Part shown: positions 63,001-64,000 of the stretch, piece after piece
Numbering within the stretch: position 1 is the first letter of the stretch
Layout of the letters: the number at the start of each line of letters is the position of its first letter
Assembly: GCA_002189035.1 (NCBI GenBank)
Contig: NEEC01000007.1
Location: forward strand, 3,534,001-3,598,000
Origin: Utricularia gibba
Taxonomy: Eukaryota > Plantae > Magnoliophyta
Direction: 5' to 3'
Length of the DNA: 64,000 nucleotides
Made by a program: the position numbers and the translations under genes
Notes under the pieces: generated by a model
Told to the model about the DNA's origin: nothing
The model's database searches: none
Seen by the model: the letters and a program-made list of their open reading frames with translations, nothing else

Positions 63001-64000
63001 GGAAAAGCTTGTCGTTTTTGGGCGGGTGATGTCGTTGTGAACTTCGTTCTGACCAAGGTTCGGTCTGACTCCTTTGCCAAATCTGGTCCTACTCGACGAA
63101 AATCGTGATGCAGTTATTGAAGTTAGGATTTCATGAGCACCCAAAATGCTTTTGTCAATCGCATGCTTTGTAGTTGAGGAGGCGCTCTAGTGGGGCACGG
63201 TATCGGCAAAAGGTCGAGTCGGGCTCGCTCCCAGAGTCATTTTTAGCCTGTCAAAAAAGTGATGCATTTATTAACGTTGGGTTTTAATAGGCTGCCTACA
63301 TGGTTTCTCAAGGAAAAGCTTGTCGTTTCTGGGCGGGTGATGTCTTTTGGAACTTCGTTCTGACCATAGGTTCGGTCTGACTCCTTTGCCACATCGGGTC
63401 CTACTCGACGAAAATCGTGATGCAGTTATTGAAGTTAGGATTTCATGAGCACCCAAAATGGTTTTCTCAACCGCATGCTTTATATTTGATAAGGCTTCTC
63501 GTGGGGCAACGGTATCGAGTAGGAGGTCGAGTCGAGCTCGGGCCCATAGTCATTTGTAGCTCGGCAAAAAACTTGATGCATTTATTAACGGTTGGTTTTA
63601 ATAGGCTGCCTCAATGGTTTTCTCAAGGAAAAGTGGGGCGGGTGATGTCGTTGTGAACTTCGTTCTGACCCTTCGGGTTAGAAAATCGTGATGCAGTTAT
63701 TGAAGTTAGGATTTCATGAGCACCCAAAATGCTTTTGTCAATCGCATGCTTTGTAGTTGAGGAGGCGCTCTAGTGGGGCACGGTATCGGGCAAAAGGTCG
63801 AGTCGGGCTCGCTCCAGAGTCATTTTTAGCCTGTCAAAAAAAGTGATGCATTTATTAACGTTGGGTTTTAAATAGGCTGCCTACATGGTTTCTCAAGGAA
63901 AAGCTTGTCGTTTCTGGCGGGTGATGTCTTTTGGAACTTCGTTCTGACCATAGGTTCGGTCTGACTCCTTTGCCACATCGGGTCCTACTCGACGAAAATC

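Larger units (their letters stand above)
1..64000. repeat. Tandem satellite DNA array, ~315-bp monomer, ~205-208 copies, head-to-tail, no inversions, open at both ends
   Basis: The motif ggtcctactcgacgaaaatcgtgatgcagttattgaagttagga recurs about every 310 bp from position ~10 to the last bases (...gggtcctactcgacgaaaatc at 64000). There is one HindIII site (gaaaagcttgtc) and one SphI site (cgcatgc) per typical unit. I saw no unique sequence and no reverse-oriented copy. Confidence 0.99.
28842..64000. repeat. Right, homogenised satellite domain: variable-length HOR Y-X-(Z)0-2
   Basis: All intact units read ttaggatT(t)catg. X-to-X spacings cluster at ~610-630, ~910-940 and ~1235-1250 bp (e.g. 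42080, 42707, 43338, 44273, 45521; 49302, 49932, 50865, 51796; 61586, 62212, 63147). Confidence 0.85.

Noticed and set aside
196-63656. Hundreds of 60-206 aa ORFs (e.g. ...HESASSNIKHAVEKTILGAHDILTSITASRFSSSRTRCGKG..., MMQLLKLGFHEHPKWFSQPHALY...)
   Set aside because: They are translations of the satellite on both strands, break or shift frame at nearly every monomer, and show no recognisable domain or gene context.
1-64000. CRISPR array
   Set aside because: There are no unique spacers, the whole 315-bp unit is repeated, and there are no cas genes.
1-64000. Assignment to known ~155-160-bp satellites (rice CentO, maize CentC, Rosa OBC226/CANR4) or the 311-bp CpSAT-1
   Set aside because: The resemblance is in length only. 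I recognise no sequence similarity, and a database search is required.
1-64000. rDNA/5S/tRNA/snRNA tandem gene array or LTR/transposon tandem
   Set aside because: I recognised no structural RNA motifs, Pol III boxes in proper context, TG..CA LTR ends or transposase/RT coding sequence.

Overview
The whole 64 kb window is one uninterrupted, head-to-tail, single-orientation tandem satellite array of roughly 205-208 monomers. It is open at both ends. Intact monomers are 314-316 bp and about 46% GC; the mean period is about 310 bp because of frequent 1-2 bp deletions. I see no genes, RNA genes, transposon ORFs or CRISPR array, and every ORF in the track is a translation of the repeat. The organisation is that of eukaryotic (peri)centromeric or heterochromatic satellite, but I cannot name the family or organism. 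Structure read from the sequence: (1) each ~315-bp monomer is a diverged dimer of a ~157-158-bp ancestral unit (halves A and B, 55/77 identical over an ungapped stretch); (2) monomers fall into discrete subtypes, labelled here X, Y, Z, W and the left-only P/Q; (3) the left domain (1-28.8 kb) is heterogeneous, with several short local higher-order repeats (4-mers, a 2-mer) and multi-kb block duplications; (4) the right domain (28.8-64 kb) is homogenised and follows a variable-length pattern Y-X-(Z)0-2, giving ~630/940/1250-bp periods; (5) several scrambled or gappy patches look like long-read consensus artefacts. All counts and coordinates were made by eye and need computational confirmation.
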